This document shows, one piece after another, positions 47,394 to 56,846 of a DNA stretch of 58,465 nt; position 1 is the stretch's first letter, and every line of letters starts with the position of its first letter. The DNA is from a virus (taxonomy: Duplodnaviria; Caudoviricetes): IMG/VR virus record IMGVR_UViG_3300030108_003227, positions 1-58,465 of that record; one strand, written 5' to 3'. The position numbers and the translations under genes are program-made. A model generated the notes under the pieces. It did not search any database, had not been told where the DNA came from, and was given only the letters and a program-made list of their open reading frames with translations.

Positions 47394-47867
47394 ATGCAAA
47401 TCCCAGACGGATTCAAACCTGTTCCGAACACAGATTGCTATGCGCTCTCCCCCTCGGGGCACGTTTACAATGTAAAGACACGCAAGCGGCTCAAGCGGTT
47501 CTTTGACGGCTACAAGATCCGAACTGCGGTCTACGACGCCAACGGTAATCAATTTCTTTTCGCGCATTGTGACATCGACAAGGGGCCACCCCCCGAGGTC
47601 ACGCTTGAATACGTTTTGAAGGACGCCCGTATAATCTCAGATTATCCGGACTACGCGGTCACAGCACTAGGCGTGGTGTGGCGCATCAAGCCCCGCAAGA
47701 AGGGACCGAACGCAGGGCGCATCCACGTTCTGGAGGAGCATGTGCATCAAGGCAAGAGGCATGTCATGCTGGTGCACCCTGACAATTCTTTGCTCCGTAA
47801 GAGGTTTCAGACATACCTGCTTACCAAGGAGGTCTGGGGGGACGATTGTGAGTGCACGCAGGACTAG
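47394..47867 (+). CDS. Tandem NUMOD4-like domain protein
   Basis: Two P...YA(L/V)(S/T)..G.V repeats; no intact HNH motif seen. Confidence 0.45.
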   Translation: MQIPDGFKPVPNTDCYALSPSGHVYNVKTRKRLKRFFDGYKIRTAVYDANGNQFLFAHCDIDKGPPPEVTLEYVLKDARIISDYPDYAVTALGVVWRIKPRKKGPNAGRIHVLEEHVHQGKRHVMLVHPDNSLLRKRFQTYLLTKEVWGDDCECTQD

Positions 47868-47963
47868 GCTATGGGGCAGCAGTTTCTGACATTGGCCTTT
47901 TACTTCCTGCTGGGTTTTTTAGGTGCCACTCTTGCTGTCTGCTTCTTCGACATATTCTGGTGA

Positions 47964-48045
47964 TGTGTCGATTTGGCCCTGAAATTTCGACACAAAAAAC
48001 CCGCTTCGGGTTGCGCTCCCCCGAAGCGGGTTGAATTCTTTTCTT
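47964..48045. terminator. Tandem hairpins, probable bidirectional terminator
   Basis: TGTGTCGA/TCGACACA and a 13-bp stem AACCCGCTTCGGG/CCCGAAGCGGGTT with A- and T-runs, between convergent genes. Confidence 0.7.
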
Positions 48046-48057
48046 GTTTCTTGCCCC

Positions 48058-48261
48058 TTATTCTCCCTCTTCCTCAGTGGGAACAAGGTCCAACCCGATA
48101 CAGAACTTCGGCGGGATTGGCCTAAGTTCAAGGTCGAGTTTAGCACTGGTAGCGGGTTCAGTGAATGGGAGCGGGACTGAGCTTCCCAAGTCTGCTGTGG
48201 AGCAGGAGACGCCCATCAGGGCGAAGGCTGCACCGATTAGTGGATACAATGACCATTTCAT
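48058..48261 (-). CDS. Small lipoprotein
   Basis: MKWSLYPLIGAAFALMGVSC: signal peptide plus lipobox. Confidence 0.65.
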   Translation of the reverse strand: MKWSLYPLIGAAFALMGVSCSTADLGSSVPLPFTEPATSAKLDLELRPIPPKFCIGLDLVPTEEEGE

Positions 48262-48299
48262 GGTCCCCGCTTTTAAAAGTCTTTTCGTGCCTCGTCCAG

Positions 48300-48386
48300 T
48301 TAATTCTTAAGAATCTTAAAAAGAATGACTACTGCTGCGTGGGCCATAATCAACAGCATCAGTATTGTTGGGTCATCGAGGACCAT
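48300..48386 (-). CDS. Hydrophobic micro-protein, 28 aa
   Basis: MVLDDPTILMLLIMAHAAVVILFKILKN, a single TM. Confidence 0.35.
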   Translation of the reverse strand: MVLDDPTILMLLIMAHAAVVILFKILKN

Positions 48387-48409
48387 ACCTTAAGTGTAAA
48401 TATACATAA

Positions 48410-48438
48410 TTGACTAATGGAGGTCAAAAAGGTATCAC
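48410..48438 (+). promoter_or_regulatory. Sigma70-like promoter for portal
   Basis: TTGACT-17-TATCAC, 9 nt before the ATG. Confidence 0.45.
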
Positions 48439-48447
48439 TTTCTTTCA

Positions 48448-50715
48448 ATGAGCCAGCGCCCACTTGACATTGATGGCTTGGATCTCGGCTCCCTAGACGA
48501 AAAGGGACAACCAGTAAAGACCCGCCTGAAGGACGTAAAAAGCGCCCTTTCTATTTTTAACACCTTACAAAAGGCTGACGAGCGGTCTTCCGTGAACCGT
48601 GCGCGTGTAGACGCCATGTTCGACGGAGCCGCCCCTTACGATCAGAGTAGTTTGGTTACCAGTGGGCAGGGGCTGAAAACAAACCTTAATTTTGGAGATG
48701 CTCAACGACTCCTCGATGTGGCTCTTTCTGCTTATGTTGACCTGTATAGTTCTCTGGAGAGACTTGTCGAAGTGCGAGGAACGCAAGGCGAAACAGCGGA
48801 AATCAAACCGGCGGAAGAAATCGTCGCGGAAGAACTGACCCACCTCATCAGGGGTTGGCCAGAGTTCCACAGCGCGTATCTTCGTCTCTGCACTACCTTC
48901 ATTAAGCACGGTGTATCCGTTGCTTATTTTGACACGCCTGACGACTGGCGGTTCCGTGTTGGTGGGTTCAACGATATCTTGATCCCACGGCAGACCCCCG
49001 CGAATGAACAGCATATTGATATCGCTGTTGGCAGGCGGCAATATTTATTGCATGAGCTGTATTCGTATATTCGCAACCCCAAAGCTGCTGAAAAAGTGGG
49101 TTGGAATGTTGACGAAGTGAAGCGAGTGATTACCAAAAACGCCACGACTGATGGCCGCAGGGGTTACAGCAACCACGCTTCTGAATACGAGTCATTGCAG
49201 GCCGAGATGAAGAACAACGACCTCTTCACCGGAATCCAGAACCCATCCGTATCCGTTTTGCATTTTTGGGTCCGCGAGATGGACGGCAGCGTTAGCCATT
49301 ACATTAGTGCGGAGAATGACCCTAAAGACTTTTTGTATAAGAAGGTTAGCCGTTACCCCAGCGTGGAACAGGCTTACATTCTTTTCTCGTATGGTGTCGG
49401 CAGCAACGGCACCTACCATTCGATTCGGGGCTTAGGTCAGAGGATCTTTGCCCATGTCCAGACCAGTAACCGATTGCGTTGCCAGCAGATTGATGGAGCC
49501 ATGCTCGCCTCTGCGGTGATGATCCAACCCGAAAACCAAAGGTCTCTGGACGAATTGCAGTTCACCTACTACGGCGCGTATGCGGTGATGTCCCCCAACG
49601 TAAAAATTGTTGAGAAGGCAATACCCAACTTGGGCACTGCTGTCCAACCAGCGTTGCAGGATCTCAACAATCAGTTGAGGATGAACACCGACACGGTAAG
49701 CACTTATGGTCCGGACCAGAGTTCCCCGTATCGGAATCAGATGCAGGTAGTCGCAGACATGGACGTAACGACCCGACTGTCTGGTGCTAGCTTGAATTTG
49801 TTCTATGCAAGTTGGACCCGCTTGTTGCGCGAGGTTGTGCGGCGTATTGTTACCACCAAGAAACCAGATTCTGCGATCAAGGATTTTTACGCTAGGTGCG
49901 CGGCTAAAGGTGTCCCGAAGGAATTTATCAAGACACTGGATGTTGACCGGACCAAGGCTGTGCGTTCCATTGGTAATGGTAGCCACGCCAACCGGATGGT
50001 GGCCTTGAAAGAATTGCAGGGTATCAGCGGTCAGTTTGACGATGTGGGTCGCCGTAACCTGACACGGGACATTGTATCTACACGGGTGGGGCACGATCTT
50101 GCCGACCGTTATGTTCCTGCTGAAGTGGAGAAGCGCCCAACGGTTGACCTTAAGATTGCCTACTTTGAGAACCAGCAACTTATGGCAGGGCAGCAGGTTC
50201 CTGTTGTTGGGAATGAACTGCATGGGGCACATCTGGGAGTGCATGTCCCGGCCCTTAACCAGATTATCGAACAACTAAATACGGGGGAGGTTGACCCCAT
50301 GCAATCACTGCCTGTGTTGCAGTCTTTTTACGAGCACATCAGTCAGACTGTCCAGTTCGCCGCAGGAGACCCTGCATTACAAGGCCCTGTTGGGCAGGCG
50401 AAGCAGGTGTTGCAGTTTGCTGAAGAAGCCATCAACAATGCAACTAAGGCGGCACAAAAAATTCAGCGCGACCAAGCAAAAGCCCAGCAACAGGAAGCAG
50501 AGATGGCCGCGATGGGTGAGCAGCCAGAACAGCCAGAGATGTCACCTTCTGATGCGAAGATGATGGAGCATCAGGTCAAGATGCGTATAGCGCAGGAGAA
50601 AGCACAGGTAGACATGGCTATCAAGCAGCAGAAACATGACCAAGAAATGGCTATGCGGGATGCAAAAGCTGCCCTAGAGTTCAGGGAGAACAGTGACCTC
50701 GGAGCAACTCCTTAA
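48448..50715 (+). CDS. Portal protein
   Basis: 755 aa, first gene of the head block, Q-rich coiled-coil C-terminal barrel as in P22-like portals. Confidence 0.72.
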   Translation: MSQRPLDIDGLDLGSLDEKGQPVKTRLKDVKSALSIFNTLQKADERSSVNRARVDAMFDGAAPYDQSSLVTSGQGLKTNLNFGDAQRLLDVALSAYVDLYSSLERLVEVRGTQGETAEIKPAEEIVAEELTHLIRGWPEFHSAYLRLCTTFIKHGVSVAYFDTPDDWRFRVGGFNDILIPRQTPANEQHIDIAVGRRQYLLHELYSYIRNPKAAEKVGWNVDEVKRVITKNATTDGRRGYSNHASEYESLQAEMKNNDLFTGIQNPSVSVLHFWVREMDGSVSHYISAENDPKDFLYKKVSRYPSVEQAYILFSYGVGSNGTYHSIRGLGQRIFAHVQTSNRLRCQQIDGAMLASAVMIQPENQRSLDELQFTYYGAYAVMSPNVKIVEKAIPNLGTAVQPALQDLNNQLRMNTDTVSTYGPDQSSPYRNQMQVVADMDVTTRLSGASLNLFYASWTRLLREVVRRIVTTKKPDSAIKDFYARCAAKGVPKEFIKTLDVDRTKAVRSIGNGSHANRMVALKELQGISGQFDDVGRRNLTRDIVSTRVGHDLADRYVPAEVEKRPTVDLKIAYFENQQLMAGQQVPVVGNELHGAHLGVHVPALNQIIEQLNTGEVDPMQSLPVLQSFYEHISQTVQFAAGDPALQGPVGQAKQVLQFAEEAINNATKAAQKIQRDQAKAQQQEAEMAAMGEQPEQPEMSPSDAKMMEHQVKMRIAQEKAQVDMAIKQQKHDQEMAMRDAKAALEFRENSDLGATP

Positions 50716-51010
50716 ACTCCACGATGATACTTGCAAGACCTGCAAGGACATCATGGAGAAAAAAAATTCTGACTACACCGGAGGCAGGGGAGCCACAGAC
50801 CCTTTTGCAAATTTCAGGTGCAGCACCGTTTTGGATATCCACCCTGTCCACGGAATAATGTTGCGTGTCATGGATAAGATTAAGCGCATCCATTCATTTG
50901 TGAATGATAAGGAATTACAGGTTCCTGACGAGAGCGTGGACGATGCCTGTGATGACATTGTAAATTACGCTATTCTTGCCAAGGCCATGCTCAAGGAAGA
51001 GCGGGGTTAA
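50693..51010 (+). CDS. Nucleotide-modification-associated / DUF1599-like helical protein
   Basis: KKNSDY...FANF...DKIKR...DDIVNYA. Confidence 0.6.
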   Translation: MTSEQLLKLHDDTCKTCKDIMEKKNSDYTGGRGATDPFANFRCSTVLDIHPVHGIMLRVMDKIKRIHSFVNDKELQVPDESVDDACDDIVNYAILAKAMLKEERG

Positions 51011-51076
51011 TTTTTTCATATTTCTTTTGTCAGTTCTTCTCTTGTGTGATATTTCGGTCTTAACCAAGTAAATACA

Positions 51077-51274
51077 ATGGAGCGACCGTCATCACCCTCC
51101 CCAAAAAGAGGGCCATACAAAAAAACCAAGTCTTCTTCTGAAGTTCGTTCTTTCGATCCTTTCAGGGGTTTATCCAAGGAAGTCAACGAGGCTTGTGATG
51201 CTTGGCTTCGGAAAAAAGGCATGCTTTCCAAGCAATGGACAAGCGGAGGCTTCAGCAATAAATCAGGTGCCTAA
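51077..51274 (+). CDS. Hypothetical protein, 65 aa
   Basis: Short ORF on the operon strand. Confidence 0.4.
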   Translation: MERPSSPSPKRGPYKKTKSSSEVRSFDPFRGLSKEVNEACDAWLRKKGMLSKQWTSGGFSNKSGA

Positions 51275-51560
51275 GAAAGTAACACCCCCTGTCCCACTCA
51301 ATCGGTGGTTTAATGACTCCAAGTCAGTTCAGGAGTTACGTGATCTCTTGGATAAGGAATGTTTCCAAAAGGCGGTAGCCATCCTTAAGGAAGTAGCTGG
51401 GCCATCGTTTGGCACCTTACAGGATAATGAAACAAATAATTTAAGGCACGCATGGTATGCTGGCTACCGCGATGCCTTTAACGACCTTCACAAATTGACC
51501 AAACTACAGAACAACCAAACCAAAACCGCTCACCCTGACGAGTGGACCCATATACAGTAA
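51267..51560 (+). CDS. Small head-associated protein
   Basis: AWYAGYRDAFNDL motif, between portal and scaffold; GTG 51267. Confidence 0.5.
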   Translation: MPKKVTPPVPLNRWFNDSKSVQELRDLLDKECFQKAVAILKEVAGPSFGTLQDNETNNLRHAWYAGYRDAFNDLHKLTKLQNNQTKTAHPDEWTHIQ

Positions 51561-52747
51561 TGAGCGAAGAAGCCGCCCCAGCCCCAGAAGCACCAGTTGA
51601 AGCTGCCCCAGAAGCACCAGTTGAAGCCAGCCCCGCAGTAGAGCAACTCCCTGACGCCAGTGAAAGCGGAGCCGAAGAGTCCTTCATGGACGCGCTTGAT
51701 ACCGCGTTTGAACAACTCGACGTTTCTGCTACACCCTCTACTGAAACGGTTGAAGCAACGGATGCAACTGAAACGGCGGCTGTAACTGAAGCGGAGCCGC
51801 AACAGTCCTTTGACCCTACGGATGATCTTTCTGATTCCTTGGATGACGGTTGGACCCCTAAAGCCGCAAACAGGTTTAAGCAGTTAAAGGCCGAGCTGAA
51901 GGAATCAACAACAGAAATTGATCGCTACAAGCAGCTCTACGAGGAGAACCAGCAGAAGCTAAAAGAGCTTGCTGGCATGACAGATAGCAATGATGTTGAA
52001 GCCCTACAGGAAAAAATCCGTGCCTACGAGCAAGCTGAGACATTCAACAATCTTGAAGAGACGGAAGCATACCAGAATGCCATTACCCGTCCTTTGAATG
52101 CCTTGCTTGATCAAGCCAACCAGATTGCGGACAAGTATGATCTGGACCGCGACGAAGTGACGGACCTTCTCTCTCTGACGGATCAGGAAGAGCAGGACGC
52201 CAAAATGCTTGAGTTGATGGAGACCGCATCAGACAGGGACAAGGCAACAATTTACCAGATCATAAACTCTATTGACCCGATTCTGGAACATCGACAAACC
52301 CTCTACGATAATGCGGAGGTTGCGATGCAGGAGGCCCAATACCTCCAAGAACAGCGAGACAACCAACAAGCCGCTGAAAATCTGGCACTCAGGCAGAATG
52401 TGGCCCGTAATGTTGTTGAGCGCGTGCAGCAAAAGCTCCCGTTTCTTTCTGGAATTGAAGGTCTGGATATGGATGCGATTCAGGCTAAGGCAGCAGAAAC
52501 GGACCCTGCTGTGATTCATCCGGTGGATTACGCATATAATTCCGTATCCGCCCAGCTCCTGCCTTCAGTAGTGCGGGAGTATATGTCAATGCGTGCTGAA
52601 GTAGAGGCTCTGACGGACAGGCTTGCGGAATACGAGGGGGCAGAACCCACCATGTCTGGTTCCTCCCCAACCATGAAGACTTCACCCGCAGGGGAGGACG
52701 CTACATTTGAAGATACTGTAAACGCAGCTTTCGCGGCAATGGGGTGA
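51560..52747 (+). CDS. Capsid scaffolding protein
   Basis: Very acidic coiled-coil protein directly before the capsid gene; ATG 51560 coupled. Confidence 0.7.
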   Translation: MSEEAAPAPEAPVEAAPEAPVEASPAVEQLPDASESGAEESFMDALDTAFEQLDVSATPSTETVEATDATETAAVTEAEPQQSFDPTDDLSDSLDDGWTPKAANRFKQLKAELKESTTEIDRYKQLYEENQQKLKELAGMTDSNDVEALQEKIRAYEQAETFNNLEETEAYQNAITRPLNALLDQANQIADKYDLDRDEVTDLLSLTDQEEQDAKMLELMETASDRDKATIYQIINSIDPILEHRQTLYDNAEVAMQEAQYLQEQRDNQQAAENLALRQNVARNVVERVQQKLPFLSGIEGLDMDAIQAKAAETDPAVIHPVDYAYNSVSAQLLPSVVREYMSMRAEVEALTDRLAEYEGAEPTMSGSSPTMKTSPAGEDATFEDTVNAAFAAMG

Positions 52748-52795
52748 CCTGTTATCCACAGGCAATCCAGAGTCACCCCGTTGTTTAGTAGCGAA

Positions 52796-52847
52796 AAACC
52801 CCCACCAGATAAGTCGCTTCAATCTTGTTCTGGTGGGGGTTTATTTT
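52796..52847 (+). terminator. Intrinsic terminator
   Basis: AAACCCCCACCAGA/TCTGGTGGGGGTTT plus a T-rich tail. Confidence 0.65.
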
Positions 52848-52852
52848 CCCTA

Positions 52853-52881
52853 TTGACATTTTTTACATTCTACTTAAGAAT
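52853..52881 (+). promoter_or_regulatory. Promoter for the capsid gene
   Basis: TTGACA-16/17-TAAGAAT. Confidence 0.5.
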
Positions 52882-52898
52882 GCCCCTTATAGCAGCGC

Positions 52899-52997
52899 GG
52901 TTGCTCTAGCCACAAATAGTTCTACAAGTTGCTCCCCCCTTGGGCTGTGTTCCAAACAATAGATTCGGTCTGGTTGCTCTAGCCATAAATAGTTCTA
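52899..52997 (+). repeat. 26-bp direct repeat x2 GGTTGCTCTAGCCAYAAATAGTTCTA
   Basis: Copies at 52899-52924 and 52972-52997, one mismatch. Confidence 0.9.
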
Positions 52998-53074
52998 AAT
53001 AAAAGGCCCGATCACCCACAACTTCTTTTGTTAATTGCCCCGCTCGTAGCGGAGGCACAACCTTTTATTGACTC

Positions 53075-54475
53075 ATGGCAATTCAAAACTTCAATCTTCA
53101 GGATGGCACGCAAGCCATCAATACGATCTTGGCCGAAGAAGCTAATCGCATCGGGCAGGATATTTATAAGCGGACTCTCCACACTTCCCCGTGGATTGAC
53201 CTTGTGAAACAGTCGGCCTTCCCAGACGGGATGGGTTATCAACTTACCACACTGGTTTACGACCGTGCTATCCCAACGTCTGACGCGAACGGGGCAGGGA
53301 ACGTAGCGGGTGTTACGTGGAGGAATCTTGGTGTTCTTAACAGTGGAGCTAACAGCTTCTCTACTTCGGACCTGAGCCAACCCCTTAAGGATGCCGCTGA
53401 TAGTACCCAAGGTGGCCGTGGCGGTGTAGCCGCAGACGGCTCGGTTTCTGATAACGATTCGCGTTCCTTCATCCAGTTCAGCAAACAGCTCAAGGAATAC
53501 TCTATCCAACGCGCTGTTGTGGAATCCCCACGCATCTCTCTTGAGGATCTTCGGTTCGCCGCACATCGTCAGGAGCAGCTCCGTGCTGTGATGGATCTGA
53601 TGACGGAGGCAACTCGTTACACTTGGGAGAACCGTTACCGTGATGAGTTTGACCGTCTCGCAGCCAATGTTGCATTCTGTCGGACTTCTTCCTCCACGGT
53701 ATCCTCCTACAAATCGGCTTCCACGACCTTTGAAGGCACTGCTACGGTGGACATCGACACTACTTCTGTCGATTACACCGATGACGGAGCTTCTAATGCA
53801 GGAACGGAGACCCCGAACGCGAATATCTCCAACGCTGTTCTGGACAAGATTTACTACCAGCTTATCCGCAAGGGTGCCGGAAGTAATGCTTATGGCCGTG
53901 AGAATGGTCGTCCAGTATTTGGCTTGGTGCTTTCGTCCGAGGCTTCCTACCAGTTGATGACTGAGGCAGGATTCCGCGACGATGTTCGTTACAACAACGC
54001 GAAGGTTTCCGACCTCATCGCACCGTTGGGCATCGAGAAGTCCTTCCGTGGTTTCTACCACTTGGTGGACGACCTCGCTCCTCGGTTTGAGTTGGATACG
54101 GATACTGATGGTGGTGGTTCGGACACTGCGGACGGAACCCTTAACGCGGTCCTTCCCTACACCACTTCTTCTGGTATCACCTCCCCGAATGCATCTTACG
54201 AGACCGCAACTTACGAAGCGGCCTACGTGATCCACCCCGAAGTTATGGAGTCGCAGATCCCTAACCCCTTCAGTGGAGTTAGCGGTATCAAGTTCGACCC
54301 CGTTAATTATCGCGGAAAGTTTGACTTCAAGAATATCTTGAACGAGGACACGAATCCAGATGGCCAAATCGGGTTCTTCCGTGGGGTTCTTGCTTCGGCC
54401 TCCAAGCCGATTAAGACCGACTTCGGTTACGTCATTCTGTTCGACCGGACCAGCACTACTCCTGCTGCGGTCTAG
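53075..54475 (+). CDS. Major capsid protein
   Basis: 466 aa after the scaffold; own promoter, long leader, strong codon bias, downstream hairpin. Confidence 0.78.
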   Translation: MAIQNFNLQDGTQAINTILAEEANRIGQDIYKRTLHTSPWIDLVKQSAFPDGMGYQLTTLVYDRAIPTSDANGAGNVAGVTWRNLGVLNSGANSFSTSDLSQPLKDAADSTQGGRGGVAADGSVSDNDSRSFIQFSKQLKEYSIQRAVVESPRISLEDLRFAAHRQEQLRAVMDLMTEATRYTWENRYRDEFDRLAANVAFCRTSSSTVSSYKSASTTFEGTATVDIDTTSVDYTDDGASNAGTETPNANISNAVLDKIYYQLIRKGAGSNAYGRENGRPVFGLVLSSEASYQLMTEAGFRDDVRYNNAKVSDLIAPLGIEKSFRGFYHLVDDLAPRFELDTDTDGGGSDTADGTLNAVLPYTTSSGITSPNASYETATYEAAYVIHPEVMESQIPNPFSGVSGIKFDPVNYRGKFDFKNILNEDTNPDGQIGFFRGVLASASKPIKTDFGYVILFDRTSTTPAAV

Positions 54476-54489
54476 GTTTCATAGCTAGT

Positions 54490-54520
54490 GCGGGGCGGTA
54501 GCTTAATACTGCCGCCCCGC
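54490..54520 (+). other. GC-rich hairpin after the capsid gene (stabiliser or weak terminator)
   Basis: GCGGGGCGGTAG/CTGCCGCCCCGC, no U-tract. Confidence 0.55.
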
Positions 54521-54539
54521 GCATAACCAACTACATATC

Positions 54540-54752
54540 ATGCCTACTCTTGGAGACGCCCCAACCCTTGCTGTTAATACAGCTCTCGCTAACGACGACT
54601 TGATTCAAATCTATGACGTTTCTGCTAACGAGCCACGGGTGATGACCGTTCAGCAATTCGTTAAACTTCTCGGAGCACTTCTTCCTACTTCTGAAGGAGC
54701 CACTGGAGAAATCTGGAACGACAGTGATGCTGTTAAAGTTTCTAGTCCTTAA
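54540..54752 (+). CDS. Small capsid decoration/fibre-like protein, 70 aa
   Basis: Immediately after the MCP; LPTS...GEIWND motif. Confidence 0.5.
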   Translation: MPTLGDAPTLAVNTALANDDLIQIYDVSANEPRVMTVQQFVKLLGALLPTSEGATGEIWNDSDAVKVSSP

Positions 54753-54780
54753 TATTACCCACTCTCAACCCTAACCAGTT

Positions 54781-54823
54781 ATCCCGAACCCTGAATGACC
54801 CTTCGGGGTTCGGGATTTCTTTT
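54781..54823 (+). terminator. Intrinsic terminator
   Basis: ATCCCGAACCCTGAA/TTCGGGGTTCGGGAT followed by TTCTTTT. Confidence 0.75.
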
Positions 54824-54837
54824 AACCACTTATAATC

Positions 54838-55632
54838 ATGGCTACTTTTTCAAAAGCCGCAGCATCCATCCAATCACAGATAGCTGCTTTGCAAGCACAA
54901 CTACAGGAAGTCTTGGCCCAAGAAGGCTTGGCCCCCGCACCAGAACCAGAGGTTGACGCTGAAGCTGCCCTCGCTCGCGGGGATGCTGCCACAATGCAGG
55001 AAGCTGTTGAACAAAGACTTCTTTCAGAGCTTCCAGTAGAAGAACAAGCTGCAATCGAATACGACAAACCTTCTATTTCTCCGCGCAGACTTGCAGCGCA
55101 CCGAGAGCGCAAAAAACAAGGCTACCCCAAAAGCCGCGAAGAGTCGTATGACGATCCAGACCCGACAGGCGAGGAATACGATTCTGCTTTCGACGGCTCC
55201 GCTGATAGCGAGGGTCGCTCTACATACGCCCCTTCTGAGTTCCCTTTGGTGGGGGACACTGGAGAAGACGAACCTGCACCAGAAGAAGGTGCTGATATGT
55301 CAGCCCCTGATATGGATGGGATGCTTTCCTCAATAGTGGAAAGTTCCGCAACTGAGATGCCGGAACCTGAACCATTAGACACTGCCCCCTCTGCCTACTC
55401 CAATCCGGAATTTCCTGAAGCACCGGAACCCGCAGCAAAAGCTGTAGTTGTTCCAGCCGAAGAAGATGAAGTAGCACTTCGTCTTTTTAAGAACGCGCAT
55501 AATAGCTCCTTTGATCCCAAGTCCAGCATGGATAAGAAGAAAATGGCTAAACTTCGCAAACTTCTTGCTGACCAAGGCGGTTTGGGGGATATGACTGATA
55601 ACCAATTTGCACTTAAACTTTACCGCCAGTAA
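54838..55632 (+). CDS. Acidic, largely disordered hypothetical protein, 264 aa
   Basis: E/D/P/A-rich ORF. Confidence 0.65.
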   Translation: MATFSKAAASIQSQIAALQAQLQEVLAQEGLAPAPEPEVDAEAALARGDAATMQEAVEQRLLSELPVEEQAAIEYDKPSISPRRLAAHRERKKQGYPKSREESYDDPDPTGEEYDSAFDGSADSEGRSTYAPSEFPLVGDTGEDEPAPEEGADMSAPDMDGMLSSIVESSATEMPEPEPLDTAPSAYSNPEFPEAPEPAAKAVVVPAEEDEVALRLFKNAHNSSFDPKSSMDKKKMAKLRKLLADQGGLGDMTDNQFALKLYRQ

Positions 55633-55970
55633 TGGATTACGAGGGCGAAAAAAACATGGTTCCGGTGGATGCCCCTGAGAACAAGGGGCTGAAACCGGAA
55701 GGGGGCAAGGTTGGAAGCGCCCATAAGATGGTCATGCACCAACTTAATAACCTGCACCAGAATGCCTGTGATCTACTTGAGCACCTGTCTGGGTGTTCAA
55801 CCCCCCACCTTGAAGAAGAGTGGGTTAAAAAAAAGATAACCCTCGCAACCGACTATCTCGATTCTGTTCGCGACTACGTTATGAGCGGTCACGGAGGGAA
55901 GATGAAACCCGATAAAGGCGATGGGTTTTTGGTCATGGTCGAGCAGCAGATGTCTAAGCCTAAGTATTGA
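55632..55970 (+). CDS. Hypothetical phage protein, 112 aa
   Basis: EWVKKKITLATDYLDSVRDY motif; coupled ORF. Confidence 0.6.
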   Translation: MDYEGEKNMVPVDAPENKGLKPEGGKVGSAHKMVMHQLNNLHQNACDLLEHLSGCSTPHLEEEWVKKKITLATDYLDSVRDYVMSGHGGKMKPDKGDGFLVMVEQQMSKPKY

Positions 55971-56001
55971 GCTTAGGCATTTAACTTTGTAAACTACTGA
56001 T

Positions 56002-56412
56002 ATGGCAGCCTCCACGATAAGTTCTTCTGTTACTCTTGGTGTAGGCAACATATTCAAAACGGGGTCGTATTCAACAACTGGCCCCGATCCTTCAGATTAC
56101 ATATTTGGGACGGGACAAGTTGGTAGTGGTGCAAATTCTTATATTGGAGGCGACGCTACCTCACAGTCATCTATGGGCGACGTTGACGGAACATCTTGCG
56201 ATGTCCTGTTATTTTTACGCAATGACAACACATCTGGTGCGTATAATCTTTTAGTAGATTTAACAGCCGCAGCATCCGGCCAGAAGATAAAAATACCTAA
56301 CGGTCACTGTAATCTTTTGTCTGTGCAAACCTTAGCTAATGTTCGTTTAGAAGGAGACGGAGGCACTGTAAACTATACCTTCATGGCTGTTCAAGTCGGG
56401 GCTAATTCTTAA
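56002..56412 (+). CDS. Beta-rich virion protein, paralog 1
   Basis: VDGTSCDVLLFLRNDNT shared with the next gene. Confidence 0.6.
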   Translation: MAASTISSSVTLGVGNIFKTGSYSTTGPDPSDYIFGTGQVGSGANSYIGGDATSQSSMGDVDGTSCDVLLFLRNDNTSGAYNLLVDLTAAASGQKIKIPNGHCNLLSVQTLANVRLEGDGGTVNYTFMAVQVGANS

Positions 56413-56415
56413 AAT

Positions 56416-56820
56416 ATGGCAACAATCGCAGCGACAGTTTCTTTGTCTGTTGGGGATACATCCGTCAACGGAACAGTGTCCCTTACTGGCCCCGTCAATG
56501 CGGGGTCGGATCAGACAGACTTTATTACGGGAACCCAGACAGTAGATGCTGACGATAACGCTTATCTTGTTGTTGCGGGGTCACAGAATAAACTGGGGGG
56601 TGTTGACGGAACTTCTTGCAATGTTTTGGTTTTTTTACGCAACGACAATACTACTGGGGGCGACCTCAAAGTGAGTGTAGACAACGACGACAATTACTAT
56701 ATTTTTATAAAACCAGAACAAACCAACATAATTACTGTTACAGACGCACAAGATCTTCGGGTTGAGTCAAGCACGGGGAACGTAACTTTTACTTATTTGT
56801 TAGTTCAAGTAGGCACGTAA
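56416..56820 (+). CDS. Beta-rich virion protein, paralog 2
   Basis: VDGTSCNVLVFLRNDNT. Confidence 0.6.
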   Translation: MATIAATVSLSVGDTSVNGTVSLTGPVNAGSDQTDFITGTQTVDADDNAYLVVAGSQNKLGGVDGTSCNVLVFLRNDNTTGGDLKVSVDNDDNYYIFIKPEQTNIITVTDAQDLRVESSTGNVTFTYLLVQVGT

Positions 56821-56846
56821 AGACAGTAATTTAACAACAACCAATC

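Noticed and set aside
49432-50274. 280-aa antisense ORF in portal (and similar ones such as 29305-30069 and 43147-43872)
   Set aside because: They lie fully opposite well-supported genes and have no recognisable motifs.
52752-52760. Perfect DnaA box TTATCCACA
   Set aside because: A single copy; one 9-mer hit in 58 kb on two strands is plausible by chance, and no cluster was seen.
52899-52997. 26-bp repeat pair as a mini-CRISPR or preQ1-I riboswitch
   Set aside because: Only two copies with no cas context; the resemblance to preQ1-I is superficial (no matching stem-loop size or 3' A-tract).
53012-54367. 451-aa antisense ORF opposite the capsid gene
   Set aside because: Shadow ORF expected from the strong codon bias of a highly expressed gene; no protein-like motifs.
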